Positions 12,822-25,353 of a DNA stretch of 64,000 nucleotides are shown here, in pieces (within the stretch, counting starts at the first letter, position 1; every line of letters starts with the position of its first letter). Position numbers and translations under genes: made by a program. The DNA is from Octopus vulgaris (lineage: Eukaryota), in assembly GCA_951406725.2 (NCBI GenBank), contig OX597820.1:23188001-23252000 (forward strand). Reading direction: 5' to 3'. The notes under the pieces were generated by a model, which did not search any database, was not told the DNA's origin, and worked only from the letters and a program-made list of their open reading frames with translations.

Positions 12822-13059
12822 ATTACAATAATTTTCATAGAGAAGACTATTGTTATAATAATGAGTTCAGGGCTAATACAATAAATATAATGAATAAGAA
12901 TAGATATAGAAATAAAAGACTAAATAGTAGGAATAATAATGATGATGGTAACATATATTAATTTTAGATGCAAACAAATTTATTCGTATTGAATTAGCAT
13001 TTGTCAAAATCAAGTGTGGAAAACATCATCCATCATGTGGTGTCTGTTTTCATTGATGC

Positions 13060-13470
13060 ATTTCTGAAAGCTTGTCTGACGTGCTCCATATTTTCCCGGG
13101 TCTGTACCATTTTTGGTGCCCCCTCTGGTCTCCTATTCATTAGTGTACCTTGTGTACAAAGTGCATTCATTCCCCCAATATAAATATTGTGTTACAGATG
13201 GGAACAGCCTGACTTCAGTCAATGTTGAAGTGGCACCAAAACTCACGCTGAACTGCTGTGACAGACTTGTTATTCTTCATGTAACTGTCGTAGGCAAACA
13301 CACAGTGCTCTATCATCCACGGCGCCATGTCTTCACCTGAAAAGAAAAAATGCTAAGATATCACAGACTGAATGGTACCTATCGGACATATGTGTCACAC
13401 CACGGGGGGGGGGGATGGCTGAGTAATAGCCATTTCAAAAATGTCCATCCTCTCTGCACCACCCTGTATA
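13060..13470 (-). mobile_element. Decayed Tc1/mariner (DD41D/rosa-like, DUF4817-type N-terminus) transposon 5' fragment
   Basis: Minus strand starts TATACAGGGTG. From 13328 it reads MAPWMIEHCVFAYDSYMKNNKSVTAVQREFWCHFNID*SQAVPICNTI, then after frameshifts NALCTQGTLMNRRP and VQTRENMEHVRQAF. Confidence 0.8.
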
Positions 13471-13730
13471 AGTGCGTCTGGATATAGCACTTTCTGATCA
13501 TGAAACTTGAAGTAGCTCATGTATAATTCCTGTATTCATTAAATTATATAATACATAAACTATAACATGAGTTGTCCCAGAAGAAGCATAATAGGCATTG
13601 CATAGGGATTGAACTTGTAAATTTTGGCTCAGTTGTCCAGCATTTTTAATTGGCAGCTTGGACATTTCAGGTTAGAATCAAGTTTTGGCATTCTGTTTCC
13701 TAACAGTGCTTCATTTATATATATATATAT

Positions 13731-13774
13731 CATCATCATTTAGCGTCCGCTTTCCATGCTAGCATGGGTTGGAC

Positions 13775-13818
<44 letters not shown>

Positions 13819-13827
13819 CATATATAT

Positions 13828-13860
<33 letters not shown>

Positions 13861-13881
13861 CATATATATATACATACATAC

Positions 13882-13920
<39 letters not shown>

Positions 13921-13988
13921 CTGCCTCTCACAATTTGGCAAGTATAATCAGCCTATATATTTGTCTCTGTCTGTATATATCTATCTTT

Positions 13989-14027
<39 letters not shown>

Positions 14028-14221
14028 TGTCTTCTCTTCTTTCTTTCCTTCTTCTTCCTTCATGCTTTCTCTCTGTTCAAACTGAACTTTTCAGAAATGA
14101 TGGCCTGTTTCATTAAGGTCAGTAGGTTTGGCAGTGGTAATATTTGCTTTGGCTGGAAACAATTGATTGCAAACTGGAATGGGCTGCAAAGTTATAACCT
14201 GTCTGTTAAGTTAGCAGAGGC

Positions 14222-14257
<36 letters not shown>

Positions 14258-14280
14258 ATATGTGTATATATGTATATATG

Positions 14281-14311
<31 letters not shown>

Positions 14312-14390
14312 GTGTATATATGTATATATATATGTATATATATGTATATATGTATATGTATATATGTATATATATATATATGTATATATA
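13731..14390. repeat. Compound microsatellite region (TA)n/(TACA)n/(CT)n/(TATG)n with a family C 3' fragment
   Basis: Directly visible; it is the source of the spurious YIYI ORFs. Confidence 0.95.
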
Positions 14391-15134
14391 GGGAAAAATG
14401 GTTACCAGGGTGGTAGTTATCAATAAATAGCTGATCTATAAAAAAAGAAAAAGAATGAAGAATATCACAAAATTACTTTAAAAAGATGATGAGAAAAGCC
14501 TCATATTTTATTGATAGTTCCATTCTGTAGAAATATACTATTATTATTATTATTATCATTATTATTATTGTATATTGATTGGTTGACTTGGGAGCTGAAA
14601 TCATTAAGTCTTTCATGTAGAAAGAAACATGACTAGATCAAAAATAGATTTATAAGTTATATCTGATTTTTGCCTATTTAGTCCTCATTAAAGTGTATGC
14701 ATGTGTATATGGGCGTGGGTAATTATGTGTGCTTGTCGGCATGCATAGAAATTTGTGTTTGCTTGTAATCTATCAGTGTAATTTGTGTGTGTGTGTGGGT
14801 GGGTGTATAAATGTGTGTATGCGTTTATGGCTGTGTGTTAGAAACTCATTCTGCAACCTCATGGTTTTGGGTTCAATTCCACTGCATGGCACTTTGGGCA
14901 GATGTCTTCTGTTTCAGTTCTGGGCACACCAAAGCCGTGTGAATGAATTTGGTAGATGAGAACTGTGTGGAAACCTGCCACATACATACATATACGTGTG
15001 TGTGTTCACCCCCACCGCTATTGCTTGACAGCTGGTATTGGTTTGTTTATGTCCTTGTAATTTAGTGGTTCAGCAAAAGAGACTGATAGAATAAGTACCA
15101 GACTTTAAAAAAGCTTAAGTATTAGAGTCAAAAC

Positions 15135-15465
15135 TAAGGGTTCTCAATCATTTTTTACCTCTTAGCCCCTTTGATTACTATATTATTCTAGTGGACCCCG
15201 TAGCCATTCGATGTTTAAAAATTAGTTTTATAGAAACTTCTTTCAAAATTTCTATATTGTTTTTCATATATTAGCTTGTGTAGGTTGTACTATGTAAAAT
15301 GTTAGAGAAACCTAGCTGTTTCTTGCAGTGCATACCGATACATACATCTAGAGCAAGACTTTTTCAGGGACCCTTAAATTACTATTGTGGATCTCTGATT
15401 TACTATTTTGTTATGTGACCCCCCCACCCAAAATTTTATATATGGACCCCATTTGAGAACCACTG
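15135..15465. mobile_element. hAT-like MITE inserted in a family A SINE (~14825-15540)
   Basis: Termini agggttctcaa / ttgagaaccactg and internal ggacccc motifs. Related copy at ~52603-52853. Confidence 0.7.
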
Positions 15466-17725
15466 GACTAAATCCTTGAAGGTGGTGCTTCAGCATGGCT
15501 GCAGTCCAATGACTGAAACCAGTAAATGATAAAAAATAGAAAAAAAATATTCCTTTTACAGTGGAGAATAAGATTGGCTCACACACACACACACAACGTG
15601 TGCGCACATACAAACACATGTATTTCAATATACAAATAGGAAAAAGAGTACTCAGTATCCGTTGTACTCCTATTTTCTTGCCATGTGCAATTCACCAGCG
15701 CCCCTAAAAATATAGATGGAAAAACCTTGGTCAGAGTGGAAGTTCAGGAACATGTTGAAATATGTTTTTAATTTTCATTTTTTCAAATCCTGTCTACAGC
15801 TCTGTTTTGTAAATCTCAATAATACAAACAAGTTCCTCTCCAATTTCTTTGTCTCCATCATCATTAATATGTCCCTTTTCAATGCTGGCATAGGTTGGAC
15901 AGTTTGACAGGAGCCGGCCAGCTTGAAGAGCTGCCCAGGCTACATGTCTGTTTTGCCATGGTTTTTATGGTTGGATGCCCTTTCTAACACCAACCACTTT
16001 ATAGAATGTACTGGGTGCTTTTTACATGGCACCAGCACTTTTTATGTGGCACCAGTACCAATCATTTTCTTTATTACACCTCTCCCACTCATCTCCAAAA
16101 TTATCTTTCTAAAAGCTTGATATAACTAGATATTTATAGCAGAGGTTTATTGTTTGTCTATTAGAGATATCTACAATTATATTCCTATGCGTTTTGTGTT
16201 GAGTAGGCTTTCAAACTGACTTGCTTGAATGTTCATTCTAAAATTTAGTTTTGTTGTGATTTATTACACAGAGGATGATAAAGTTACAGACTTTGGAAAC
16301 ACATTATGATATCATTATTTAGAGTTCCCTTTGCTCTGTTTTTTTTTGTTTGTGTGTTTAATTTTATTTATTTATTTATTGATTTGGATTAGAAAGTTTT
16401 GAATTTGTAGACATTTTGGTGAATGAGAGAGAATCTGCTATAGTCTCGGAAGAAATACTTTATTGTATTAATTTACATTACTTCAGTTCATATGCTGGCC
16501 AGGTCAACTTTGCCTTCCATCAATATGTAATATGTACTATTATAGTACGTATGTGTGTATACACTATAATTATAATACATACATATACAGTATTCATATG
16601 TATTGTATGTATACTTGGTGTTGTGGGAACTTTCCTTGGATTCTGCCCTGTGGCAAATGTACATATAAACAAAACTTATTATGTATGTGTGACCAATGAT
16701 ATTTATTGGGGTTTGAACAATTCACCTCTGGAAACATGGGTGTTTCATTCAATATCCTTAAACAACCCTTATTCAGGGACCTTTTGAGTGGGATGGGTTA
16801 CTCGACCAGAAGAAAGTTCTAACTGGGCCCCAATTGCAAGGTCATGTGCTGTTTATCTTGATATGAGATCACCATGTCGCGCACATATGGTTGTGATGCA
16901 TGTGCCTAATGTACTCTTATCAGACGGGTAATCATGATGGGTATACATTGGGCTTTGTATATTTTACCCCAGTGTCACTTTGATGGCATGCACGGCTGTC
17001 TCACTCAATAATAATAATAATAATAATATTAATAATAGTTACCATTATCATAATCCTTCATTATGATGACCATCAATTTTTTTGTTTTGTTTTGTTTTCT
17101 TTTGGGGTTCCTTTTCAGTGTTAATGTTTGTAATGGTTTACATTGCTATTCAACAACTGGTTCCAGAATGGCTTTTTATAATATCTTCGTATTTCTTGTG
17201 CCAACTCTTAGACCAATCGCATTACACTTATCTTTTTGCGTTTCCCACTTTTTAAAGCAACTTTCCTTTTGGATTTTCCTGCAATTAACATCTGTTGTCA
17301 ACAATTGCTGGGGTTCCACCGCATTCCCCTTTTATCACTACTGCAACTCCTACTACTACTACTACCACTGCTACTGCATCTTAAACATCAAAGGCTGTTT
17401 GGTTTACATAGTGGTGGGTAATAATAATAATAATAATAATAGCAATAATGATAATAATAAACGATAATTTATGAAGATTGACGTAAGTTTTCATGAAGAT
17501 AAATTCGCAATAAGAAGAGTGCGATACGATATGTAATGAATAGTGACTGACCCTTTTCCAAAAGGAACGCAGGATATTGCAGTTCATATTTTGAATTTCT
17601 GTATTTCTGCCTATTTCCCATTTTTCATTTTGAACCCAGGGAAGACAAACATACCTTAGAAATATTCTTCAATTCAATGGAGTCAATCTCTATTGCTTAC
17701 ATATTGTATCACGCTCTTCTGATTG

Positions 17726-17758
<33 letters not shown>

Positions 17759-17859
17759 TAATAATAATTAATAATAACAATAGTAACCTATGTCTTTTAA
17801 ATTCTAAGACATTTGTTTGAACTTATTGTTGTTTTTTCATTTTCTTTTGTTTTCACAAG

Positions 17860-17889
17860 GAAATTTGATTTAATCCGCCGCCAATTCAG
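17860..17889 (+). CDS. C2CD5: Candidate 30-nt alternative microexon of C2CD5
   Basis: Long U-rich tract plus cacaAG acceptor. Frame-preserving phase 2 to 2, encoding (E)KFDLIRRQF(S/R). The donor AG|GTTGAA is weak; an alternative in-frame donor follows 17895. Confidence 0.4.
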
Positions 17890-18593
17890 GTTGAAGTGAC
17901 CTTTTATCTTTACTTATTTATTTATCCATTTATTTATTCATTCATATATTTATCCATTTATTTATATATTTACAATTACTCAATATTAAGAGTGGTTTTT
18001 CATTTTTTTTTTTCTATTCTCCCCATGTTCTTATAACACGTATTCCTGCTGCTTCCCCTCAACTAACAGAAGCCGTTTTTTTTTTTTTTTTTTTTGTTTG
18101 GCTCTCTCTCTCTCTCTCTCTCTACACATATATATAAATGGTAAAAGAAAATATATAAATGCCTACTCTCGGATTTATTAAAACAAAGATTCAAGCTTGC
18201 TTACATCATTATTCATAAGCTCAGCTTTGTAATAGTAGGGAGGATATTAAATCAGAAGAAATAAATCAGTTATTTGATAGCTTCAATCTAGCATAACAAT
18301 TGTACATATTAATAATAATAATAATAATAATAATAACAATAATAATAATGATAATAATAATAATAATAAAAACAACTGTTAATATCGGTAAATGTTTATT
18401 TTATGTAATTGTTGCTTTTCATCTCTTTGTATGATGTTTGGCCTGGAAGATCAATAGTTGATCTCATGCCCGCTACTACTCCCATGATAAACTTGCATTA
18501 TTATTATGTAGTTCCCTGTTAAAGACTACTGAAAGTGTTTTGGTAAAGCCAGCAACTCTTTCCCATCATTGTAGTATATATATATATATATCA

Positions 18594-19420
18594 GGATTGG
18601 CTGTGTGGTAAGTAGCTTGCTTACCAACCACATGGTTCCGGGTTCAGTCCCACTGCGTGGCATCTTGGGCAAGTGTCTTCTGCTATAGCCTCGGGCCGAC
18701 CAAAGCCTTGTGAGTGGATTTGGTAGACGGAAACTGAAAGAAGCCTGTCGTATATATGTATATATATATATGTGTGTGTATGTTTGTGTGCCTGTGTTTG
18801 TCCCCCTAGCATTGCTTGACAACCGATGCTGGTATGTTTACGTCCCCGTTACTTAGCGGTTCGGCAAAAGAGACTGATAGAATAAGTCCCGGGGTCGATT
18901 TGCTCAACTAAAGGCGGTGCTCCAGCATGGCCGCAGTCAAATGACTGAAACAAGTAAAAGAGTATATATATATATATATATATACTACAACGTGCCTAGG
19001 CACAGGCGTGGCTGTGTGGTAAGAAGTTTTACTTTCCAAGTACATGGTGTCAGAACCATGTAGTTGGGAAGCAGTCTTATTGCTGGCACCTTGGGCAAGT
19101 GTCTTCTGCTATAACCTCAGACCGACCAAAGCCCTGGAGGGTGGATTCGGTAGATGGAAGCCGAAAGATGTCTATTGTGTATATATGTGTGTGTGTGTGT
19201 GTGTCTTTGTGTCTGTGTTGCTCTCCCCCACCACCACATGATAACCAGTGTTGGTGTGTTTACATCCTCGTAACTTTGCAGTTTGGCAAGGGACCATTAG
19301 CATAAGTACCGGGCTTTAAAATAATTAGTATGATGGTTGATCCAGTCAGCTAAAATTCTTCAAGGCTGTGCTCCAGCATGGCCACAGTGTAATGATTGAA
19401 GCAAGTAAAAGGTAAAAAGA
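18594..19420 (+). mobile_element. Two tandem family A SINEs
   Basis: Near-consensus copy 18594-18963 in a (TA)n tract and a diverged copy ~18998-19420. Confidence 0.85.
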
Positions 19421-19455
19421 AAGATTATATATATATATAGATAGATAGATAGATC

Positions 19456-19700
19456 CAAATATTCCATAATTATAAACATAATTATAATCAGGGGTCAGCT
19501 AATTGTTTTGCCATGCACCAAAATTAGAAATAGGAGTTAAAGTGCCTTTTCTGCTACCATAAAGATCTTCCAGACAGTAACACTGGGAGATCTTTATGGT
19601 AGCAGAAAAGGTATTTTAACTCCTATTTCTAAATCCGGTGCATGGCGAAGCAATTAGCTGACCCCTGATTATAATTATGTTTATAATTATAGAATATTTG
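19456..19700. repeat. Long inverted repeat (~118-bp arms, ~9-nt loop)
   Basis: caaatattccataattataaacataattataatcaggggtcagctaattg... pairs with ...caattagctgacccctgattataattatgtttataattatagaatatttg. Confidence 0.95.
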
Positions 19701-19794
19701 TATAATTTTATCTAAAAAGGTTATTTTAACGTACTGAACTACTTGGTAAAATTATTAATTAATTAATTAATTAATTTTACTCTTTTATTATTAT

Positions 19795-19862
<68 letters not shown>

Positions 19863-19955
19863 ATATAGGGTGGCAAAAAATTTCGTAGAATTTTTTTGCC
19901 ACCAGCGGCCTAGTGGGAAAAAATTAAATAGTCATAGACCATTTATAAATTCAAC

Positions 19956-20081
19956 ATCACAATCAAGGAACGGCCATAATAGGCCATTCACCCACTAGAA
20001 ATAACAGCCAAAGCTTCAACCGGTTGAAGCTTTGGCTGTTATTTCTAGTGGGTGAATGGCCTATTATGGCCGTTCCTGATT

Positions 20082-20086
<5 letters not shown>
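19956..20086. repeat. Near-perfect spacerless palindrome (~65-bp arms)
   Basis: atcacaatcaaggaacggccataataggcc...gcttcaac|cg|gttgaagc...ggcctattatggccgttcctgattgtgat. Confidence 0.95.
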
Positions 20087-20123
<37 letters not shown>

Positions 20124-20270
20124 AAAAGCAATAAAGATTCAAGTTAATTTAAATGAATTTACTTGAATATGGTACCTAACTTAGATGCACCAAAAAAACT
20201 ATACTGATTTAACAATACAGTAATGTGGGGTGATTATAAGCGAGAATGAAGCAACAAGAATGGATAGGTT

Positions 20271-20360
20271 TTTAGTACAATCGTTTCATACAAGGACAGG
20301 TTTTATTAAAAGTTGCAAAAATTACAGCATATAAACGTGTCCCGTACTCATCAGCTAAAA
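20271..20360 (-). ncRNA. Type I hammerhead ribozyme motif (antisense copy)
   Basis: Reverse complement of 22227-22317. Confidence 0.65.
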
Positions 20361-22226
20361 TACATGTGAGTTCTCTAGACATCCTAGTGGTTGAGGCTAT
20401 ACTCATGAAGTAATGTAGATAATTAAGAAACATAAACAGATTTCAAAAGTTCATTAAAGTTCTTTAAAGATGATGTACAGTCTTATCACAGAATTTTAAA
20501 AAAAGTCTTAATAGTATCACAGAGAAGGTGACCTAATCCATAGTTCACATATGAATTTCCAGAGATATGATGAGGGATTACATACTCACAGAAGAAAAAT
20601 TTATCCATTGTTAATTACAACGAGGTGGGTTTCAATTCCTGCTTATTAGCATTACAGAGAGGGTGAATTAATCCTTTGTATAGATGCACAATTTCCAATG
20701 GTGTAGGTGTAAATTTCCAAGGAATTTCATATTCACAGGCGATAAATTTATCAATGGTTGAACACAATGAGGTAGGTATCAATTCTTGCTATATGATTAG
20801 GTATTTGCCACATTAATCACATTACTGCTATTTACAAGAGGCTGTAGCTATTTAACTTTTAAAGGCTGAAGGGCTTACTAGAGCTGTATAGAATAGAAAA
20901 GGGAAGGGCATAGAAGAAAAGAGAGAAAATAAAAGAGGAGGGGGCAAAAAGGGGGGAAGGGGGCTCAAAGAGAAGAGAAAAGGAAAAAGAGGATAAGAAG
21001 AAGAAAAAGAAAAAAGAGAAAAGAGAAAGAAATAGGGAAGGAAGGGAAAAAAGAGAAAAAGAAGAAAAAAGAAAAAAGAAGAAAGAAGAAAGAAAAAGAA
21101 AAAAGGTTCTACTTATACAGAAGAATTGGTAGACGACAAGTCTGGTTTTAATTTACAGGCATCTAGGAATTAGAGGAGAATATTATTCTTTGACCAGTTA
21201 AAACAGCTAATTTATTGCTGTTGGAATCAGCTATGAATTTAAAGAGAATCTAAAGAGATAACACAGTTAGGGGTTTCTGGGTCAGATGCTAAAATCACCA
21301 GAAAATACATTAGGGAAAACTAGGTATAATCTTATCAAAAAGTCATTAAATTTATTCATTTTATTGTCTTAAGGAGTTGCCGTTTTTATTCATACATTGC
21401 CGGACTACAGGTCAAATCTTAGAAGATCATTTAAAAGGTGTTAGGGGATTGTCTATCATAATGAAGATAATCATATTATCACCGAGGGAATAGTCTCATT
21501 TATTTAATTTTGAATTAGAATTATGGGTCTATAGTAACTCATTTTAATTAATTAGAGTTATGCTAATTAAATTAGATTAAGTTAGGAACTAAAATTAAAA
21601 ATTACAATTAAGATTTAAAATTAAGAATTTAAAAATTTAAAAATTGTGAGTTTGAAATTAAATAAAGCCTCAATTAAGCAGCGAATAAGTGCTATTCATT
21701 TCCCTGTTCTCAAAAAACTGATGCAGATATAAGGAAAAAGATAACTGTAGTGTGAGAACTCTTAGTTATCTACTTAAAGCAGTGCTATACCAGTAGAAAT
21801 CAGGTTATATCTATCTATCTAGTTACGAAAATTCTAATCATTTAAAATATTTTAAAGTCTTCAATTTAGCGTGGACACAAACTTGACCTAGTTCGATATG
21901 GTTATTCAATAGGTTTCTATGTTTTCTATGCTTTAGAATTTCATACACCTCGTTGTAATTAACCTCGTTGTAATTAACAATGGATAAATTTTTCTTCTGT
22001 GAGTATGTAATCCCTCATCATATCTCTGGAAATTCATATGTGAACTATGGATTAGGTCACCTTCTCTGTGATACTATTAAGACTTTTTTAAAATTCTGTG
22101 ATAAGACTGTACATCATCTTTAAAGAACTTTAATGAACTTTTGAAATCTGTTTATGTTACTTAATTATCTACATTACTTCATGAGTATAGCCTCAACCAC
22201 TAGGATGTCTAGAGAACTCACATGTA

Positions 22227-22317
22227 TTTTAGCTGATGAGTACGGGACACGTTTATATGCTGTAATTTTTGCAACTTTTAATAAAACCTGTCCTTGTATG
22301 AAACGATTGTACTAAAA
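22227..22317 (+). ncRNA. Type I hammerhead ribozyme motif with long loop 2
   Basis: ttttag-CTGATGA-gtacgggaca...tgtccttgtat-GAAA-cgatt-GTA-ctaaaa. Stem I is ttttag/ctaaaa; predicted cleavage after 22311. Confidence 0.7.
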
Positions 22318-22345
22318 ACCTATCCATTCTTGTTGCTTCATTCTC

Positions 22346-22407
<62 letters not shown>

Positions 22408-22986
22408 TAGCTTCATGCATACATGCACACACACACACATGTAGATGCAGAAGTGTGTGTGTGGTAGAGAAGATTGCTTCCCAGCCATGTGGTTTCGTGT
22501 TCGGCCCTACTAAACAGCACCTTGGCCAGTATCTTCTACTATAGCACTGGGTCAACTAAAGCCTTCTGGGTGGATTTGGTGAAGGGAATTTGAAATAGCT
22601 CTCTCTTTTATTTATACGTATGTATGCATGTATGTACTTACTTTTGTCTTGAGCCCAGCTGATGATTGTAAATGTGTAAATGAGTATCACTGTTACATAA
22701 GTGATGCTGCTCAATTCTAGTCTTCCATGAAAGACCTGTCTGACTATGAGAGAAATATTACTTTGCTTGGAAAAGGTGAGCGTTGGCAACAGGAAGGGTA
22801 CCTGTTGAAAATCTACATCAAATTCTGTCCAACCTATGCAAGAATTATAAACTGGACATTAAATGATGACACACACACACATGCACATATATATAATGAT
22901 GGTTCCATGATGGTAGGATCAACAAAAAAAAAAGGTACTCTATCAGGTGAGAGGTAAATATTTAATAGACACAATACATGTTTTTA

Positions 22987-23043
22987 TGTGCTATTAATAG
23001 TTTCATATGTTGAGAAGTACCTCAAGCATATTCATCAGGCACA
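22987..23043 (-). ncRNA. Type I hammerhead ribozyme motif (antisense copy, AUA triplet)
   Basis: Minus strand reads tgtgc-CTGATGA-atatgcttgaggtacttctcaacatat-GAAA-ctatta-ATA-gcaca. Confidence 0.6.
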
Positions 23044-23078
23044 AACTAACTAAAAATAGTTCCTTACGATATGCGGTC

Positions 23079-23135
23079 TGTGCCTGATGAATATATTTGA
23101 GGCGCTTCTCAACATATGAAACTATTAGTAGCACA
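23079..23135 (+). ncRNA. Type I hammerhead ribozyme motif
   Basis: tgtgc-CTGATGA-atatatttgag(gcgctt)ctcaacatat-GAAA-ctatta-GTA-gcaca. Stems I, II and short III are all formable; predicted cleavage after 23130. Confidence 0.8.
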
Positions 23136-23910
23136 TAAAAACATGTATTGTGTCTATTAAATAATTAACACACACGCACACACACACACATACATACATG
23201 GATGAACAAATGAAGTTTGCGATGCAGTTTTCTGCATGGGACTGTTGGCGCTCAATACTGCAAGCTAACAAACACACACATATACATACGATTTCCACTA
23301 TTCACAGTGGCAAACTGTATGTTTCCCTCTTCCTTCAATTTACATTTTTGTTTTTACTGTTAAGTGGAATGAGACTTCTAGATTTAAATGTATTTCTTTG
23401 CGATAAAGTGTGTTGCTGGTGAAGGTATAGCAGCCGTGGTTTCTTCATGAAACTAGCAATGCTGCATTTCTGATGCCTTAGAAGAATGTTAGACTTTGTA
23501 TGGTAGCTAAGAGCTTCAGGTTTATGTCCAACCTGTAACACCATACTTTCTAATATTCCCGTCTAACCATGACCTCTAGTTTTTATGGGATTAGTTCTAC
23601 CAGAGCCGTCATTTATCTTCATTAAGAAGCATGTGGGCTTCACTATATAACAGTGAAATCAGGAGTTTATTGCAATTTTAATGTTATTGGCAGGCAGTTG
23701 GTTTCTACAGTCCTATAGATATAATATATTACAAAACATGTTTTTATTAATACAGCAGTGGTTGCGTGCTTAGCCAGCAAAATCTGCAATCCAAGTTTGT
23801 TTCACTGTTTCAAGGACTGTTTATTCTGCTTATGTCCAATGTAATGATAAGCATCAATGCTTCCTCTCTATCCATCTCTCTCTCTCTCTATCTATCTATC
23901 TATATATATG

Positions 23911-23943
<33 letters not shown>

Positions 23944-24707
23944 ATATGTATGTATATATGTGTATATGTATTTATATATGTGTATATGTATATATATATA
24001 TGTATATATATGGCTCCATAACTACCATCTCAGCTATAGCCTTGGAGCCCTGGTAATCCGTTACACCACTTACCTAGCATATCTAATTATTTAAATCACC
24101 TGTGTAGTAAACCCCCATATTTTGTATATATATATACATATATATACTTAGGCAGACAAAGCTATTGATGGATAAGTGTCTTTGTCATCAACGTAGTGCA
24201 GTGGCTCTGGCAGGATGTGAACTAAAATCCTTTTAGTCATCAGAAATAGCATTTAATGACTTGATGAGTTATTGCTTTCATTGATACTGAAGGTGCTCAG
24301 TTCTGACAAAACAGAAAGCTTAGTTACAAATCTATTAAAGACCTTTTTTTTACTTAGATCCTGGGTTGGGAAGAATGGACAGAGGTCATAGTCTTCATGA
24401 GATCAATGCCTTTAGTGTTCGTCTTGAACATTTTAAGTCAACATAATTATCATTTTAATGTTCATTTTTCCATGCTTGCATCAGTCAGATGGAATTTATT
24501 GAGGCAGATTTATTTTCTTTTGACTGGATGCCCTTCCTGTTGCCAACCTTCTCCTCTTTGTAAGCAAAGTAATATTTCCTCATTGGCAGAATTTTGGAAA
24601 TGAATGATAGTGCTTGTATGACAGTGACACTCATACAAGTGTCATACAGTTATCGTACATCAAGACAAATAGACACAAACATACATACACTGACATACAT
24701 GTGCACA

Positions 24708-25353
24708 CTAGGGTGGAGTGAAAATAAAAAAATTGTGGTAATTGAAAATGTCTGAGGACTAAAATGTTGTTATATTTGACTAGAAAAATGCTAAATTTTA
24801 GCTGAGATCCCTCAAGCCCTACAGACTCCAAAAATGGGAGATTTTTGTAAATTTTTTTACAATAGTGGAGTTTGGCGTTGTTTGAGGGAGTAAATGCCAT
24901 TGACTGATATTTACAAAAATTTAGCATTTTTCTAGTAATAATAAGCAAGATATAGCATTTTCAAGTGTTTATTTTCACTCCACCATAACACACATGTATA
25001 TGTGTACAGGTATATAGATTGTATAATCAATCTAGAGTGGAGTGAAAATAAAAAACTGTGGAAATTGAAAATGCCTGAGGCCTAAAATCTTGCTATATAA
25101 TATTGCTCGAAAAATGCAAAATTTTCGCTTTGATCAGTCTAGGGCATTTACTCCCTCCTCCTCCTCCCCAACTCCACTATTGTATAAAGTTTAGGAAAAT
25201 CCTTCATTTTCGGAGTTTAGAGGACTTGAGGGAGTAAATAACCTTGAATGATCTCAGCAAAAATTTAGCATTTTTCTAATAATCAAATATAGCAACATTT
25301 TAGCCCTCAGACATTTTCGATTTCTGCAATTTTTTATTTTCACTCCACCCTAG
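24708..25353. mobile_element. Dimeric foldback MITE (two TIR-bounded units plus spacer)
   Basis: Each unit is bounded by ggtggagtgaaaata.../...tttcactccacc. Overall ends are ctagggtggagtg and cactccaccctag. Confidence 0.8.

Larger units (their letters stand above)
20241..22347. mobile_element. Non-autonomous Penelope-like element with ~385-bp inverted terminal arms
   Basis: 20241-~20626 is the near-exact reverse complement of ~21963-22347. Each arm carries a hammerhead motif. (TA)n tracts lie nearby, there is a purine-rich internal tract, and no ORF. Confidence 0.75.

Noticed and set aside
13756-14426. 220-aa and overlapping ORFs rich in YIYI/SLSL
   Set aside because: Translations of (TA)n, (TACA)n and (CT)n microsatellites. 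The same applies at 23.9, 33.0 and 60.0 kb.
19456-19700. Possible hammerhead in this hairpin (ctgggaga...cgaagc)
   Set aside because: The core boxes are too degenerate and no stem I/NUH arrangement could be built.
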